From a virus (lineage: Duplodnaviria > Caudoviricetes), in the IMG/VR virus record IMGVR_UViG_3300048579_000166, positions 1 through 34,075 of that record: a stretch of DNA of 34,075 nucleotides, one strand, 5' to 3'. The translations under genes and the position numbers were made by a program. Below the pieces are notes generated by a model that had not been told where the DNA came from, did no database searches, and saw nothing but the letters and a program-made list of their open reading frames with translations. Each line of letters opens with the position of its first letter. Positions within the stretch are counted from its first letter, which is position 1. Shown here piece by piece: positions 18,513 to 28,404 of this stretch.

Positions 18513-19433
18513 TTAAATTTCCTCATACAAGCCTTCAAAGAATTCTTCTGGATATTCACGCTGCTTATGGTTATGGTGTTGTGCTACGCAGTTTCCTTGT
18601 GGGCTGTCTCTGCCTTTTTGTTTCCTAAGCTCACGTTTTTTTTGATCTTCTTTAAACTGATCTGCTGTAAATATCTTTGAAATGAAGCAGCGATTTAGTA
18701 TTTTTTCAGCATAATTCAAAGTTGGAACATTATTTTTTTTCGCTTCTTCCAGTGCTAATAAAATAACCTCTTCCTGAATGCCATCATCAATATAGCTGTT
18801 GACTTTTTGAAGTTCATAACCGGCAAATAAACCAAAGTTATTTTCCTCATAAAATTTTTTGATATCAGAAATTGATTTTGGCAGCAGCGGTTCTTCTTTT
18901 ACTACTTCTACTTTACTTTCCTTTACTTTACTTTCCTTTCCTTTACTTTTGTCCGTTTCTGGCTCAGTTTCTTCCGTAGTTTCTGCCGCAGAAATAGGGG
19001 AAGAAATTTTCTTACTGTCTTCTGAAACCCTTGTTTTATCTCGCTTTTTCTCATTAAGCTTTTCATAATATTCCTTCATATTTTCACGTTTTTTAGTTAC
19101 AACAGCTGCTCGTTTTTTTACCCCATTGCTCGTAAGCTTGCCAGTTTTTTCATAATATTCTTTGTCAAAACACTTTTTTTTCAGGCAAGTTTGTAAAATG
19201 TGATCATATTCTTCATTAGTTATTTTGAGTTTCTGGCAAATTACTTCCCTAGTTTCTGCGTCAGAAATGTCAAATTCCATGCCAGAATTTCGGTAGATAT
19301 ATTCAAGATGCAAGAAGTAAAATCCGTAACCCTTGGAACCATAAAGCATAATTATTGGCTCCAGTTTTGGGTCACTTGCTGCATATACATCATGTGGAAA
19401 ATAATCTAATCCTTCCTTTTGTGGTCTAGCCAC
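18513..19433 (-). CDS. Replication initiator (Lin1244/DUF4373-like N-terminus, DnaD-like C-terminus)
   Basis: MARPQKEGLDYFPHD start; FYEENNFG...LNYAEKIL DnaD-like region; low-complexity linker. Confidence 0.85.
   Translation of the reverse strand: MARPQKEGLDYFPHDVYAASDPKLEPIIMLYGSKGYGFYFLHLEYIYRNSGMEFDISDAETREVICQKLKITNEEYDHILQTCLKKKCFDKEYYEKTGKLTSNGVKKRAAVVTKKRENMKEYYEKLNEKKRDKTRVSEDSKKISSPISAAETTEETEPETDKSKGKESKVKESKVEVVKEEPLLPKSISDIKKFYEENNFGLFAGYELQKVNSYIDDGIQEEVILLALEEAKKNNVPTLNYAEKILNRCFISKIFTADQFKEDQKKRELRKQKGRDSPQGNCVAQHHNHKQREYPEEFFEGLYEEI
18905..18990. repeat. Repeats in the initiator linker, candidate replication origin
   Basis: TACTTTACTTTCCTT x2 at 18909-18938; GTTTCT at a 12-bp period (18955, 18967, 18979). 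Confidence 0.5.
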
Positions 19434-19452
19434 CTAAACCACCGCCTTTCAT

Positions 19453-20271
19453 TTAACCCACCCTTTCAAAGTCGAACAATGACATTTGCTTATATCTCGG
19501 TTTTTCTTCCTGCTTTGAATCTGTAGGTTTTTTATTTACAGGAGGATCCACAACTTTTATTTCTTCAGGCTCAAATAGTTCCGAAATTGATTCATCATAT
19601 ATCTGTGCCTCTTCCTCAGTAAATCCCCTAACCTCACCAAACAGCTCCCTGGCTTCCTGATATGCAGTTGAAGATTCTTCTTGTTTAACCTCAACTGGCA
19701 TAATTTCCACTGACTTTTCAGGTTGAATTTCATCAGGAAGATCAACATTTTGAATATTAGAGTACCTTCCGACTATTTCCGCTCTTACATCAAATCCTTT
19801 TGCCTTCAATGATTTAGCTATCTTTTCAGCTCTCCAAAATTTGATTAAATACCCATTGTAGTTATATAAATTGAATTCCATATCATCAATTTTGAAATAA
19901 ACTCGGCTGTTTGCAGGTGTAGGATCTGACTGGTCAGGCATATCAATAAAACATTCTTGGTCCAGTCTAGTTAATCGATATGGTATGCTGTACGCTTCAA
20001 AAACCGTTTTAACCGTTTCAAATTGTTCCTTGGTCAAATTATAAGACAAATCATTTTTTTGTCGCATTTTGACAGCAAACAACCTCTCAAAGCAGTATAT
20101 AAAAATTTCATTGCCTTCCCTTACTCCGATATTCCTGTTTTTGCCGTAGAATACCTTACCTGCCTCAAGGTTCTGCCTATAATAGCAGTACTTACCATGT
20201 TCAGGATCTATGCACTTGAGAGCATCCGAGCATTTTTCACAACTTCCGCAGCATCCGAACCAGTTACCCAT
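19453..20271 (-). CDS. Hypothetical protein with Cys-rich N-terminus and C-terminal QMSLF motif
   Basis: 272-aa ORF with GAGGTG RBS. Confidence 0.75.
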   Translation of the reverse strand: MGNWFGCCGSCEKCSDALKCIDPEHGKYCYYRQNLEAGKVFYGKNRNIGVREGNEIFIYCFERLFAVKMRQKNDLSYNLTKEQFETVKTVFEAYSIPYRLTRLDQECFIDMPDQSDPTPANSRVYFKIDDMEFNLYNYNGYLIKFWRAEKIAKSLKAKGFDVRAEIVGRYSNIQNVDLPDEIQPEKSVEIMPVEVKQEESSTAYQEARELFGEVRGFTEEEAQIYDESISELFEPEEIKVVDPPVNKKPTDSKQEEKPRYKQMSLFDFERVG

Positions 20272-20282
20272 GGCTACACCTC

Positions 20283-20954
20283 TTAATAATCATCTTCCGG
20301 CGAAGGGTAATATGTATCTACTTTGTCTATTGTTAGTTTAGCTTTGCTTGCATAGAGGTTAAAAAGAAGTTTCTCATACCCGTATAACTTACCTATAAAG
20401 AATTGCTTGTCAAAATTTCTATCTTTGTATTCAACTGAACTAATCTCACCTTTATAAGTCATTATCCTAGTTGAGCACTCATATTTACTTTTTTCAGGTT
20501 CCTTATCTAAATAAATGTGTGTAAACCATTGATCTTTATCGTCAACAATGAGAGTAATTTCATCCCATTCCTTTTCCTGTGCATCGTCTTCAAAATTGCT
20601 TTTAAGCTCTTCTACAATTTCTGAAAGTGCACATTCAGATTTACCAACAAGCATTTCTGAAAGATCTGCTTTCATTTTTTCAAGACCTTCCTTTTGTATG
20701 CACTCATCAACATAGCTATTGATAATATTAAGAATGATTTTATTGTATTCTGGCAGTGACAAATCGCTCATGCTGACTTTAACTGTGTTTTTAATATTAT
20801 CCTTTAACTCTTTGGAAAACTCAGACCAACTTCCAAAAATCTCCGCAATGCTTCTTTTAATGGTTTCTTTTAAGTTCTCTTCAATGGTTTTTTGAATGAA
20901 ATCACCTGCTGCTATATTATCAAAGCTATTTATAACCAATCCTTTTAAATCCAT
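20283..20954 (-). CDS. Hypothetical phage protein
   Basis: 223-aa ORF with RBS. Confidence 0.75.
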   Translation of the reverse strand: MDLKGLVINSFDNIAAGDFIQKTIEENLKETIKRSIAEIFGSWSEFSKELKDNIKNTVKVSMSDLSLPEYNKIILNIINSYVDECIQKEGLEKMKADLSEMLVGKSECALSEIVEELKSNFEDDAQEKEWDEITLIVDDKDQWFTHIYLDKEPEKSKYECSTRIMTYKGEISSVEYKDRNFDKQFFIGKLYGYEKLLFNLYASKAKLTIDKVDTYYPSPEDDY

Positions 20955-20971
20955 TATTAATCCACCCTCTC

Positions 20972-21106
20972 TTAATCCCAGTTGAGGCTATTGATATCGA
21001 AGTCCTCAACTGGCCCATTTAATATTTGCTTTAAACAATTTTTGCAAAATACTTTATCTTCTCCATTTATTCTGAAATCTTCGGTACCACACTTGATGCA
21101 CTTCAT
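20972..21106 (-). CDS. Small zinc-ribbon protein (MKCIKCG...CKNC)
   Basis: 3' part of track ORF; GGAGG RBS before MKC. Confidence 0.55.
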   Translation of the reverse strand: MKCIKCGTEDFRINGEDKVFCKNCLKQILNGPVEDFDINSLNWD

Positions 21107-21324
21107 AGAGTCCTCCATATCTGGATGAGGATATAAATTATTATTAAGCAATACGGAATCCAGAATAATGCTGATGGCCATTTGGATTTTATTTCAACAT
21201 TTACTTGCAATTCTTGAGCTGCAACTCTGGCCACAAATCTATCGCAAGCACAACAATCGTAGCATGGAAAATCATCCAGATCATTTTCCCAATACTCACA
21301 CTGCAAACAATCTTTCATTTTCAT
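21103..21324 (-). CDS. Small Cys-rich protein with C-terminal TM helix
   Basis: CxxC motifs and hydrophobic tail; AGGGTGG RBS before MKMKD. Confidence 0.55.
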   Translation of the reverse strand: MKMKDCLQCEYWENDLDDFPCYDCCACDRFVARVAAQELQVNVEIKSKWPSALFWIPYCLIIIYILIQIWRTL

Positions 21325-21406
21325 GTGAACCACCCTTTCTAAATGGCACACCAGGGACTCAACCAGTCCCCAGGTGCCTATATCAATAACAGGAGGAGGA
21401 AGCCTG

Positions 21407-22264
21407 TTATGTTCTCAAAAATGACGCTATTTCCTCTGGGTTGCTTGAATCATTATCCGCACTTTCCTCACTTGGGGTTGTTACGCTATAATCCACGTTG
21501 TCAACATATTCGAATGATTCATCATCCTCAAGATTATCTGACTTAATGGCTGCATCGTCAGCTTTAACGGCTTTCTGCATTTCGATGGAAAGAATGCCCC
21601 ATTTCGACAAAAGCATTTTCAATACTGTTTTTAATGCCATAGCATCAAAATCTTCTGACCATCTTCCAAAACCTCTTCTATAGGTATAGCTGTACTTTTT
21701 AGCATGTTTTTCAACTCTCTCACGCTTCCAGTACAAAGCCTTCTCAAATCCATTTAAAAGCCTAAATTTTGCGATATAGCCAACAGGCTTATCTTTTTCG
21801 GATATATCATCACGAGGCTCATATTCGATAATTCCAAGGAGCTCATCATAATATTTGACTTCACCTTCATAAGCCGGAACTGCACCTATGCCTTTATACT
21901 CTGCCGTTCTTAATGCAAGCTGAACATAACCCTTATAACCCATTTGAAACTGAGCAACCTTTTTCCCATCTTCCTTATATGGGACTATCCAAGCAAATCC
22001 AAGGTTTTTATCGATTGGTAAATCCAATGTAGCTGCTACTGCTGCGGCCATGATTATGCTTTTAGGTTCTGCCTCTAATCCTCTTGAAACGTTTATAATG
22101 CTGGATATAAACTGAGGTGCACGATCTTTTAAAATGTCAACAAACCTATTTTTATACTCAGGAAGAGACAGTAATGAATTTACGGTTGGAGCTTTCTGTA
22201 TTGCCTGAGTATTATTATTCAATTGTTCTTTTAAAGCTTCATTTCCCTTACCTGCTTGTGCCAT
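21407..22264 (-). CDS. recT: RecT-family single-strand annealing recombinase
   Basis: LGFAWIVPY, AQFQMGYKGYVQLALR, FDAMALKTVLK. Confidence 0.93.
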   Translation of the reverse strand: MAQAGKGNEALKEQLNNNTQAIQKAPTVNSLLSLPEYKNRFVDILKDRAPQFISSIINVSRGLEAEPKSIIMAAAVAATLDLPIDKNLGFAWIVPYKEDGKKVAQFQMGYKGYVQLALRTAEYKGIGAVPAYEGEVKYYDELLGIIEYEPRDDISEKDKPVGYIAKFRLLNGFEKALYWKRERVEKHAKKYSYTYRRGFGRWSEDFDAMALKTVLKMLLSKWGILSIEMQKAVKADDAAIKSDNLEDDESFEYVDNVDYSVTTPSEESADNDSSNPEEIASFLRT

Positions 22265-22279
22265 AAAATCACATCCTCC

Positions 22280-23269
22280 CTAACCTATTCTCATTTGTCT
22301 GCTTTCACTTGCTTTGACTACATATTCCTTCTTTTTAACAACCTTCCAAGTTACTTTTTTATCTCCAACGAAAGCAATTTCAGCGTCACCCATAGCAGCC
22401 ATAAATTCTTGTTTGATTTGGTCCTGTTCACGTTTGAGAATATCCATCTCTTCCGAGATCCCTTTATATCTGACCCGCTTATCTGCCATAGTTGAAAGGT
22501 CAAGAAATTTTTTCTTAGTTTCATTAGGATATAAATCTTTCAAGGTCCTCGAATCAATTTCAAGTCCAATAGGAGCCGGCGGATTTTTCTTCAAGATATT
22601 TTCTGTCCAGAATTCCCATACTCGGTTTTTTATAATGTCAATAATATCTTCATCCCTAGGAACATACCTCCAGAGAAGCGTTTTATCTATAAGAGCTACA
22701 ACAAAAAAGTACGGCAATCCAGTTACGGCCATATAATGTTGAGTCTGTAGGAAATAATGATCTGGCAATGAATTTTCCTTCCAGTTCTTCATCGTAAAGC
22801 CTGAACCTGTTTTTATTTCCATTCCTCCCACTTGGCCTGCTGGGATGAGGTATTCCTCCCATTCGTTTTCACCGACCTGTAAATTGAATTTATAATCCTG
22901 CTGAGGGTCAATAAGTCCGTCTATGTTAGCTAACATATATGAGTTATCCTTAGATTGCATGGTATGTGGATATTCTTCTGCCTTAACCTCAATGCCGGTA
23001 GCCTTTAAAAATTTGATTGGAAACTTTTCTCTAATAATGGGTTCCAGTGTTTTTCCCCATTCCATAAACTCATTTTCTTCATCTTTAATTTCATCCGACA
23101 ATTTATCCATATAGATTGATAAAGGACTTGCATAATTGCTTTTCCCGAACAATGCAGCAACTTCGCTCCCACCTATGCCGGTCTTGCGTATTTTTAGCCA
23201 TTCTGCATTCGTAATATTGTTTGTATTTGCAAGATAAATAACATTCTGTGAAACTATTGAATCATTCAT
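22280..23269 (-). CDS. YqaJ-like exonuclease (lambda exonuclease family)
   Basis: WLKIRKTGIGGSE, ANIDG, EIKT, QTQHYMAVTG. Confidence 0.93.
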   Translation of the reverse strand: MNDSIVSQNVIYLANTNNITNAEWLKIRKTGIGGSEVAALFGKSNYASPLSIYMDKLSDEIKDEENEFMEWGKTLEPIIREKFPIKFLKATGIEVKAEEYPHTMQSKDNSYMLANIDGLIDPQQDYKFNLQVGENEWEEYLIPAGQVGGMEIKTGSGFTMKNWKENSLPDHYFLQTQHYMAVTGLPYFFVVALIDKTLLWRYVPRDEDIIDIIKNRVWEFWTENILKKNPPAPIGLEIDSRTLKDLYPNETKKKFLDLSTMADKRVRYKGISEEMDILKREQDQIKQEFMAAMGDAEIAFVGDKKVTWKVVKKKEYVVKASESRQMRIG

Positions 23270-23433
23270 TTGTGTACAACCTCCTTGACTATTTTCTTAA
23301 TTTCCTTTGTTTCTCTATGTTCTAAGACCATCATGCTTGATGTATCTTTACAAACAAGCCATTTGGTAGAATTCAAGCCATGAACCTTCATAAAATCGCA
23401 CTGCTTAACTGTTGGATTTTTACCATTCTTCAA
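23266..23433 (-). CDS. Small phage protein (55 aa, MKNGKNPTVKQ...WLVCKDT)
   Basis: Translated by hand; GGAGG RBS, TTG start, ATGA overlap with the YqaJ-like gene. Confidence 0.7.
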   Translation of the reverse strand: MKNGKNPTVKQCDFMKVHGLNSTKWLVCKDTSSMMVLEHRETKEIKKIVKEVVHK

Positions 23434-23448
23434 AATACATCCCTCCTA

Positions 23449-23781
23449 TTAATCACAAGGTATAAACTCCGCATTATCCGGTAAAAGATTTATATGAGAT
23501 TCAGGTATTTCCCCGTTATGCCACAAGCATTCAGTCTCAACTATGCGACCGTCAAAAAACTTTATTTTAAATTTTCTACCTCCATAGCCCTTGAATCCAC
23601 TGTCTGGTTGACCAATTGTATATTGATTTGCATCTATACGAACTGAAACTGAATCCGTTTTATGTTTTAAAAATTCATTCCAAAAATCCATATGAAAACA
23701 TTCTGTGCTGCATAAGGTTTCATTTACATAGGAATTTTTATCAATTTCCTTTTCGCAGATGATACATTTCAAATTAATCAC
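23449..23781 (-). CDS. Hypothetical phage protein
   Basis: CxxC N-terminus; GYGGRKFKIKFFDG...LWHNG. Confidence 0.7.
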   Translation of the reverse strand: MINLKCIICEKEIDKNSYVNETLCSTECFHMDFWNEFLKHKTDSVSVRIDANQYTIGQPDSGFKGYGGRKFKIKFFDGRIVETECLWHNGEIPESHINLLPDNAEFIPCD

Positions 23782-25346
23782 CTCGATTCAATCTGTAACT
23801 CACCGTCAGTAACCCAACTTATGAAATACTGATAGTCATTATCTGCCTCAATCTGTTTCAAAAATTCTTCCCTGGCAGATTCGTCAAGATGTTCGAATTT
23901 GTCTACGCAAATAAGTTTGACCGAGGTATCCTTTGCATATGCTTTAGCAATATCCAAGCAAACAGTTACTTGCTTTGCTGTGTTTAGATTCTTAAGCGGC
24001 AGGCCGTCAATGATGACAATGCCGTCTTCGTTTATGCCAAGTCCCTGTACTGGTAATTCAACCGTTTTAAGTAATTCAGTTGGCTTGTTCCGGCAGAACT
24101 CAACAAAACTATCATATTTTGCAGCTGTCTTTTCCTGCTCAATCAATGTTTCGCTGACCTTTTGTAGGTTGTGAGCCATTTCAACATAGCCCTTCATTTT
24201 TTCAGCATCAGCATACTTCTCTTCAAGTGGCTTAATATCTACCTCAAGATTATCCTTAAGATAGGTTTCAGCATACTCAAGGCGATTGTCCACTTCTATG
24301 ATCTCGTCTCTTCTATTAATCTCAATGGTATTTACTGCTGCATTCATTTCATTAGTAAGAGACACTTTTTTAATTCCAAATATCTCATCATCAAGGCGGG
24401 CCATGGACCCCCGGGTTACCTTTATAAATCCTTTCAGCTGCTCAATCTTTTTCTCAAGCTCTTTGATTTCGCTCTCTGCATTGTCAATTTCAGTCTGAAA
24501 CTCATTTTTTCGAACATCAATTGACTCTTTGGCTTTGCTGATTTTAAATTCAAGTAATTCTTGCTGCTCTTTCACCTGAAGGTCGTACTCGTTATTGATA
24601 TCTTTAATTGAATTCTCATAATCCCTGATAAATTCAGCTGCTTTTTGACGGGAGTTATTAACCTGCTCACCCTTCCTTATTTCATCCGACAATTCCATAA
24701 GGCTAAAACTTTCCCAATCTTCAACTTTGTAGTTATCAGGCAGCAGGCTTTCCAAAGACTCTACCTCTGCCTTAGTTGCTTTAACAGCCCCATTTGCTTC
24801 ATGTCGTGCATCATACCAGTACTTTTCACACTCCTTAAGAACCAGTAAGCCGTGTTGATTTGGATTAACCGGTATTACTTTCCCAAAAGCACCTATCATA
24901 TCATTTTGACTAAAAGAAATCGGCATCAATGATAGCAGGATCTTTGATTGCTCCTTATCCTTCTTATTCATAAAGTCCACGGGGTTAAAGGCAAACACGT
25001 CCTTTCTTTCCTTCGAGACCCCAAACAGCTGATCTAAAAAAGTCTGTGGAGTCTTAATGGGGATTCCATCATGAAGAACCTTAACAGCATCCTTTCCATC
25101 GTCAGAAACAACCCTCTCGACATGAATCCCATCATCGGTATCCAACTCTATGTAAGCTTTATCCGCACCGGTACGAACAAACTTTTCCCGGCGGTCTGTG
25201 TTATAAAGAGCCTTCTCTATTACTTCCAAAATTGAGGTTTTACCCTGTGCATTTCCTCCACTGATTATATTTACATTGCCGACATTGATCGCACGCTCCT
25301 CAATGCCAAGGCAATTCCTAATTACTAACCTTTTTATCTTGCTCAT
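23778..25346 (-). CDS. SMC/RecF-like ABC ATPase with coiled coil
   Basis: Walker A GGNAQGKTS, long coiled coil, Walker B ICVDKFE. Confidence 0.85.
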   Translation of the reverse strand: MSKIKRLVIRNCLGIEERAINVGNVNIISGGNAQGKTSILEVIEKALYNTDRREKFVRTGADKAYIELDTDDGIHVERVVSDDGKDAVKVLHDGIPIKTPQTFLDQLFGVSKERKDVFAFNPVDFMNKKDKEQSKILLSLMPISFSQNDMIGAFGKVIPVNPNQHGLLVLKECEKYWYDARHEANGAVKATKAEVESLESLLPDNYKVEDWESFSLMELSDEIRKGEQVNNSRQKAAEFIRDYENSIKDINNEYDLQVKEQQELLEFKISKAKESIDVRKNEFQTEIDNAESEIKELEKKIEQLKGFIKVTRGSMARLDDEIFGIKKVSLTNEMNAAVNTIEINRRDEIIEVDNRLEYAETYLKDNLEVDIKPLEEKYADAEKMKGYVEMAHNLQKVSETLIEQEKTAAKYDSFVEFCRNKPTELLKTVELPVQGLGINEDGIVIIDGLPLKNLNTAKQVTVCLDIAKAYAKDTSVKLICVDKFEHLDESAREEFLKQIEADNDYQYFISWVTDGELQIESR

Positions 25347-25657
25347 GTTGTCCCTACACTTTCCCCAGGGAAGTTCACCTTCACAAATGACCCGAACAGT
25401 TCCCCAGACGTTTCAAACGTAACCTTGTTGTTTTTGATATCTTCCTCGGTGATATCATATTCTTCGATCAACTCACCATCCCAGACCGCTATATTAATAA
25501 CTCCTTCATCAACCGCAGTTACAAGGCCATTATAGAAATTAGTACTTCCTTTATCCTCATGCCATTTGACCCTTATAAAATCCCCTGGTCTGGCTATATT
25601 TTTAAAACCACATTGAACATATTCCACACCCATATAAACCTCCTTGATTTTTCTCAA
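25343..25657 (-). CDS. Hypothetical protein
   Basis: ORF overlapping the ATPase start; GGAGG RBS before the internal MGVEY start. Confidence 0.65.
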   Translation of the reverse strand: MRKIKEVYMGVEYVQCGFKNIARPGDFIRVKWHEDKGSTNFYNGLVTAVDEGVINIAVWDGELIEEYDITEEDIKNNKVTFETSGELFGSFVKVNFPGESVGTT

Positions 25658-25723
25658 GTTTTGCTATATCATTGAATTAACAAAATAAGACTTTCTTTTG
25701 CCACTTTGAATGTGGCTATTTTT

Positions 25724-25882
25724 CTATAATGGAATATCAAAATGCACTTTAAAGTAATTTGACTTACTTGCCTTTTCTTTCTGAATTCTGTGCCTGCGGT
25801 AAATTCCGATGCAATGACGAGCCGTAAACCCTACTTTGAAACTTATGAGACATAAAACTACTGCCAATGCTCCTGAAATCAC
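25724..25882 (-). CDS. Small membrane protein
   Basis: GTG start, hydrophobic N-terminus, basic tail. Confidence 0.45.
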   Translation of the reverse strand: MISGALAVVLCLISFKVGFTARHCIGIYRRHRIQKEKASKSNYFKVHFDIPL

Positions 25883-26043
25883 TCTCCATTCCTCCTCTCT
25901 TCGTAATATGGACACTCAGACTTAATCCAAAACTTTAGCCTGCACTTGACCTTCTCACAACTTTCGTGCCTGCTGCATGTGACCGGCACTAACTCCTTGG
26001 TAACCGCATTCTTATATATCCCATCACCTCCCCTATCGCTCAT
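25879..26043 (-). CDS. Small Cys-containing hypothetical protein
   Basis: 3' part of track ORF 25879..26211; start uncertain. Confidence 0.4.
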   Translation of the reverse strand: MSDRGGDGIYKNAVTKELVPVTCSRHESCEKVKCRLKFWIKSECPYYEERRNGE

Positions 26044-26245
26044 CAATTTTTGGGTTCTTCTCATGCCAGCACTTGCCCTTTTTGTAATACTCACATGCTG
26101 GTCTATCTTCCCAAAGTTTATTTTTGTCTTCCTGCTTGACAATCTCCGGTATGTGCTGCCCATTACAAAAATACTGCTTGTGCGGGCAATGTAATAAAAT
26201 AAATAACTCAAGAGATTGAGATGGTTTTGTTTGTAGAGCTCTCAA
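26033..26245 (-). CDS. Small Cys-containing hypothetical protein
   Basis: GGAGGG RBS before TTG. Confidence 0.45.
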   Translation of the reverse strand: MRALQTKPSQSLELFILLHCPHKQYFCNGQHIPEIVKQEDKNKLWEDRPACEYYKKGKCWHEKNPKIDER

Positions 26246-26259
26246 GGCAATCCCTCCTC

Positions 26260-26631
26260 TCAGCCTCTGTCGCAAAGTTCTACGTCTGTAACCCTTGATG
26301 TGTTAAGATACTGAATAATGCCTCCGGGATAATTTGTACTACCGTATCTGATATGTATGTAATCTGGAGTTATATCTACGACCTTGCCAACTATTTGATA
26401 TATCCCGTTGAATTTGTTACTTTTGAAAGATATCTTCATTTCTTTATCCATGTTGTTGTGCAAGAACTCGATATTTTGGCTATACTTGCTTACCTTATGT
26501 TCTATCCTCTGCTCCACCGCTCCTAATGCTAAATCCTTCAAAACATCGGATTGACCAATGCTAGATAATCTTTGATCGATATCACTACATTTACAAAAAG
26601 CTGTATGCCTACTGCACTTAATGCAATACAT
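26260..26631 (-). CDS. Hypothetical protein
   Basis: 123-aa ORF with GGAGG RBS. Confidence 0.7.
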   Translation of the reverse strand: MYCIKCSRHTAFCKCSDIDQRLSSIGQSDVLKDLALGAVEQRIEHKVSKYSQNIEFLHNNMDKEMKISFKSNKFNGIYQIVGKVVDITPDYIHIRYGSTNYPGGIIQYLNTSRVTDVELCDRG

Positions 26632-26646
26632 CGTCAGACCTCCTTC

Positions 26647-27357
26647 CTATGCTGATTTTTGAACCTTCGGCAGCCACGCTCTTATGTACGCTATGGCATT
26701 GTCAAAATCCAGCCGCCTTATATCTCTGTAACTGGGAACTCCTAATCTTTCCTTTAAGTCCCTATGCAGCTGACTAAAATATGAGCCCTTTAAATTTCTG
26801 TAATCCGCTGTATCCTTGCCGCCCAAAAGTTCCACTACCCGACGGCTGATTGCAAATTGAACCTCTGCTTGTTGGTTATAAGTAAGCCTGATCTCGTTGT
26901 CGATCTTCTCGTCAAGCTGGTTGATGCGGTTCTCGTGATCTGTAAGTACTTTGACTGTCTGTTGAAGTGCCTCAAGTGCGTTCGCTGGCTGTACTGAATA
27001 TGTACCAGTCTTGCGTATGGAAGGTAATATTTCATCACAAACTTTTGCTTGAAATCTTTCAGCGGTTTCATTCTTTGCTTTCATAGCTAAACGATAAAAT
27101 ATGTTTTCGGGAATAAAATCAGGAGTTATTGCCTTAACCTGCATAGCAGTTAATTCTTCTTTTGCCACTTGTGGCAAAAACTTAAATTCCTCTAAATGTT
27201 CTCTAACTCTTGACCATCTTACATATTCAGAACCGTTTACCTCTGTCGTAAATCCTAAACCTCTTGAAACATCCTCAAGATTCAACTGAGCTGTTCCATC
27301 TTCATCAATAAAGCCTCTTACATTTTGAATGGTTATTAAGTTTGACACGACTATCAC
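26647..27357 (-). CDS. Phage antirepressor (BRO-N-like plus ORF6C-like domain)
   Basis: FIPENIFYRLAMKA, EILPSIRKTGTY; C-terminal LGVPSYRDIRRLDFDNAIAYI. Confidence 0.88.
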   Translation of the reverse strand: MIVVSNLITIQNVRGFIDEDGTAQLNLEDVSRGLGFTTEVNGSEYVRWSRVREHLEEFKFLPQVAKEELTAMQVKAITPDFIPENIFYRLAMKAKNETAERFQAKVCDEILPSIRKTGTYSVQPANALEALQQTVKVLTDHENRINQLDEKIDNEIRLTYNQQAEVQFAISRRVVELLGGKDTADYRNLKGSYFSQLHRDLKERLGVPSYRDIRRLDFDNAIAYIRAWLPKVQKSA

Positions 27358-27383
27358 CTCGCTTTCATTGTGTTAGTACATGA

Positions 27384-27412
27384 TTGCATTTATTCCCACG
27401 TTTTAGTAAAAT
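27384..27412 (+). promoter_or_regulatory. SigA-type promoter
   Basis: TTGCAT-17 bp-TAAAAT. Confidence 0.6.
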
Positions 27413-27433
27413 TCAAGTAACGGGGGTGATATA

Positions 27434-27604
27434 ATGGCAAAAGTAGAACTTTCTCGAAACCTAATCAAAAACTTAGTAGATCGTGCTGCGGATGATATTA
27501 GAAAAAGTGGTAATGACACTTTGACTAAAGAAGAAACATCCAAGCTCATTGCAGAATCAATTTATTTTGTAATGAACAACTTAACTAACCAAATAAACAA
27601 ATAA
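27434..27604 (+). CDS. Small hypothetical protein (56 aa, MAKVELSRNLIKNL...)
   Basis: Translated by hand; GGGGGTGA RBS and own promoter; not in track. Confidence 0.7.
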   Translation: MAKVELSRNLIKNLVDRAADDIRKSGNDTLTKEETSKLIAESIYFVMNNLTNQINK

Positions 27605-27778
27605 TTATTTCTGCAAAGTTAATGTCTTGATTCCATTAAGTGCTATGCGTAAAGTCTCTTCCGCTTCTGCATAGCTCATTTTTTTGTCTGCTAAAAGGTC
27701 AACTACCTCTTCTGCTGTGGGTAAGCATTTCCTTGTCAGATCCCCTGTCGGATAATCCTTTAAAAAATCGTTTTTCAT
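27605..27778 (-). CDS. Small hypothetical protein (57 aa, MKNDFLKDYPTG...)
   Basis: Translated by hand; its stop abuts that of the plus-strand gene; resembles 28574..28813. Confidence 0.65.
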   Translation of the reverse strand: MKNDFLKDYPTGDLTRKCLPTAEEVVDLLADKKMSYAEAEETLRIALNGIKTLTLQK

Positions 27779-27867
27779 CGTTCTCGCCCCACTTTCTTGT
27801 AAATTTTAATCTTATTTAGTAATATTAAGTTAGAGTCAGCACATATTTGAAATGGAGTGATATTTTT

Positions 27868-28071
27868 ATGGCCGTGCAAGCTGTTCAAATATGTAGCAAC
27901 CCAGATTGTAATAAAATCAATACCTATGCTTACGGTTCTGTTACTAATGATTTCAGGCCCCAAGCATTCTGTGAATGCGGAAGTAAAATGATATCTAGCT
28001 GTCCAAAATGCAACTCCATATTTTTAAAGTCAAGCCGCACTTGCTTAAATTGTGGAGAAAAGCTTAAATAA
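27868..28071 (+). CDS. Multi-zinc-ribbon protein
   Basis: Four Cys pairs; GGAGTGA RBS; promoter TTGTAA-17-TAATAT at 27797-27825. Confidence 0.7.
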   Translation: MAVQAVQICSNPDCNKINTYAYGSVTNDFRPQAFCECGSKMISSCPKCNSIFLKSSRTCLNCGEKLK

Positions 28072-28075
28072 TTAA

Positions 28076-28321
28076 TTACTGTGCTGGCTCTGCTAAAAAA
28101 CAATATCTGCACATCCCACAATAATTTGCTGCCGAAATTGTTTCATGCCCGCATGTGGGACAAGTCTTCCAGTTTTTTGGGTCAAATGTCACAGCATGAT
28201 CTTTTCTATACTCTTCTAACATTTCTGTGACTTCTTCCGACGGCTCAGCCTTGGAAAGTAATTCAAGCCCCTTAAGGATTTTTTCAGATTGTGACTTATT
28301 AAATATCAATTCTATTTTCAT
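28076..28321 (-). CDS. Hypothetical protein with C-terminal zinc ribbon
   Basis: CPTCG...YCGMC; GAGGTG RBS. Confidence 0.7.
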   Translation of the reverse strand: MKIELIFNKSQSEKILKGLELLSKAEPSEEVTEMLEEYRKDHAVTFDPKNWKTCPTCGHETISAANYCGMCRYCFLAEPAQ

Positions 28322-28404
28322 CCTTGCACCTCGATTCTTGTGGTATTAACTTCCTTATGGTAAAATTTTGTTGCATGCCTGACTAAACAAAGGAGTTGTT
28401 TGCA

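Noticed and set aside
1076-26194. Many plus-strand ORFs of 60-140 aa overlapping minus-strand genes
   Set aside because: Antisense shadows with Ser/Phe/Ile-rich composition and no recognisable motifs
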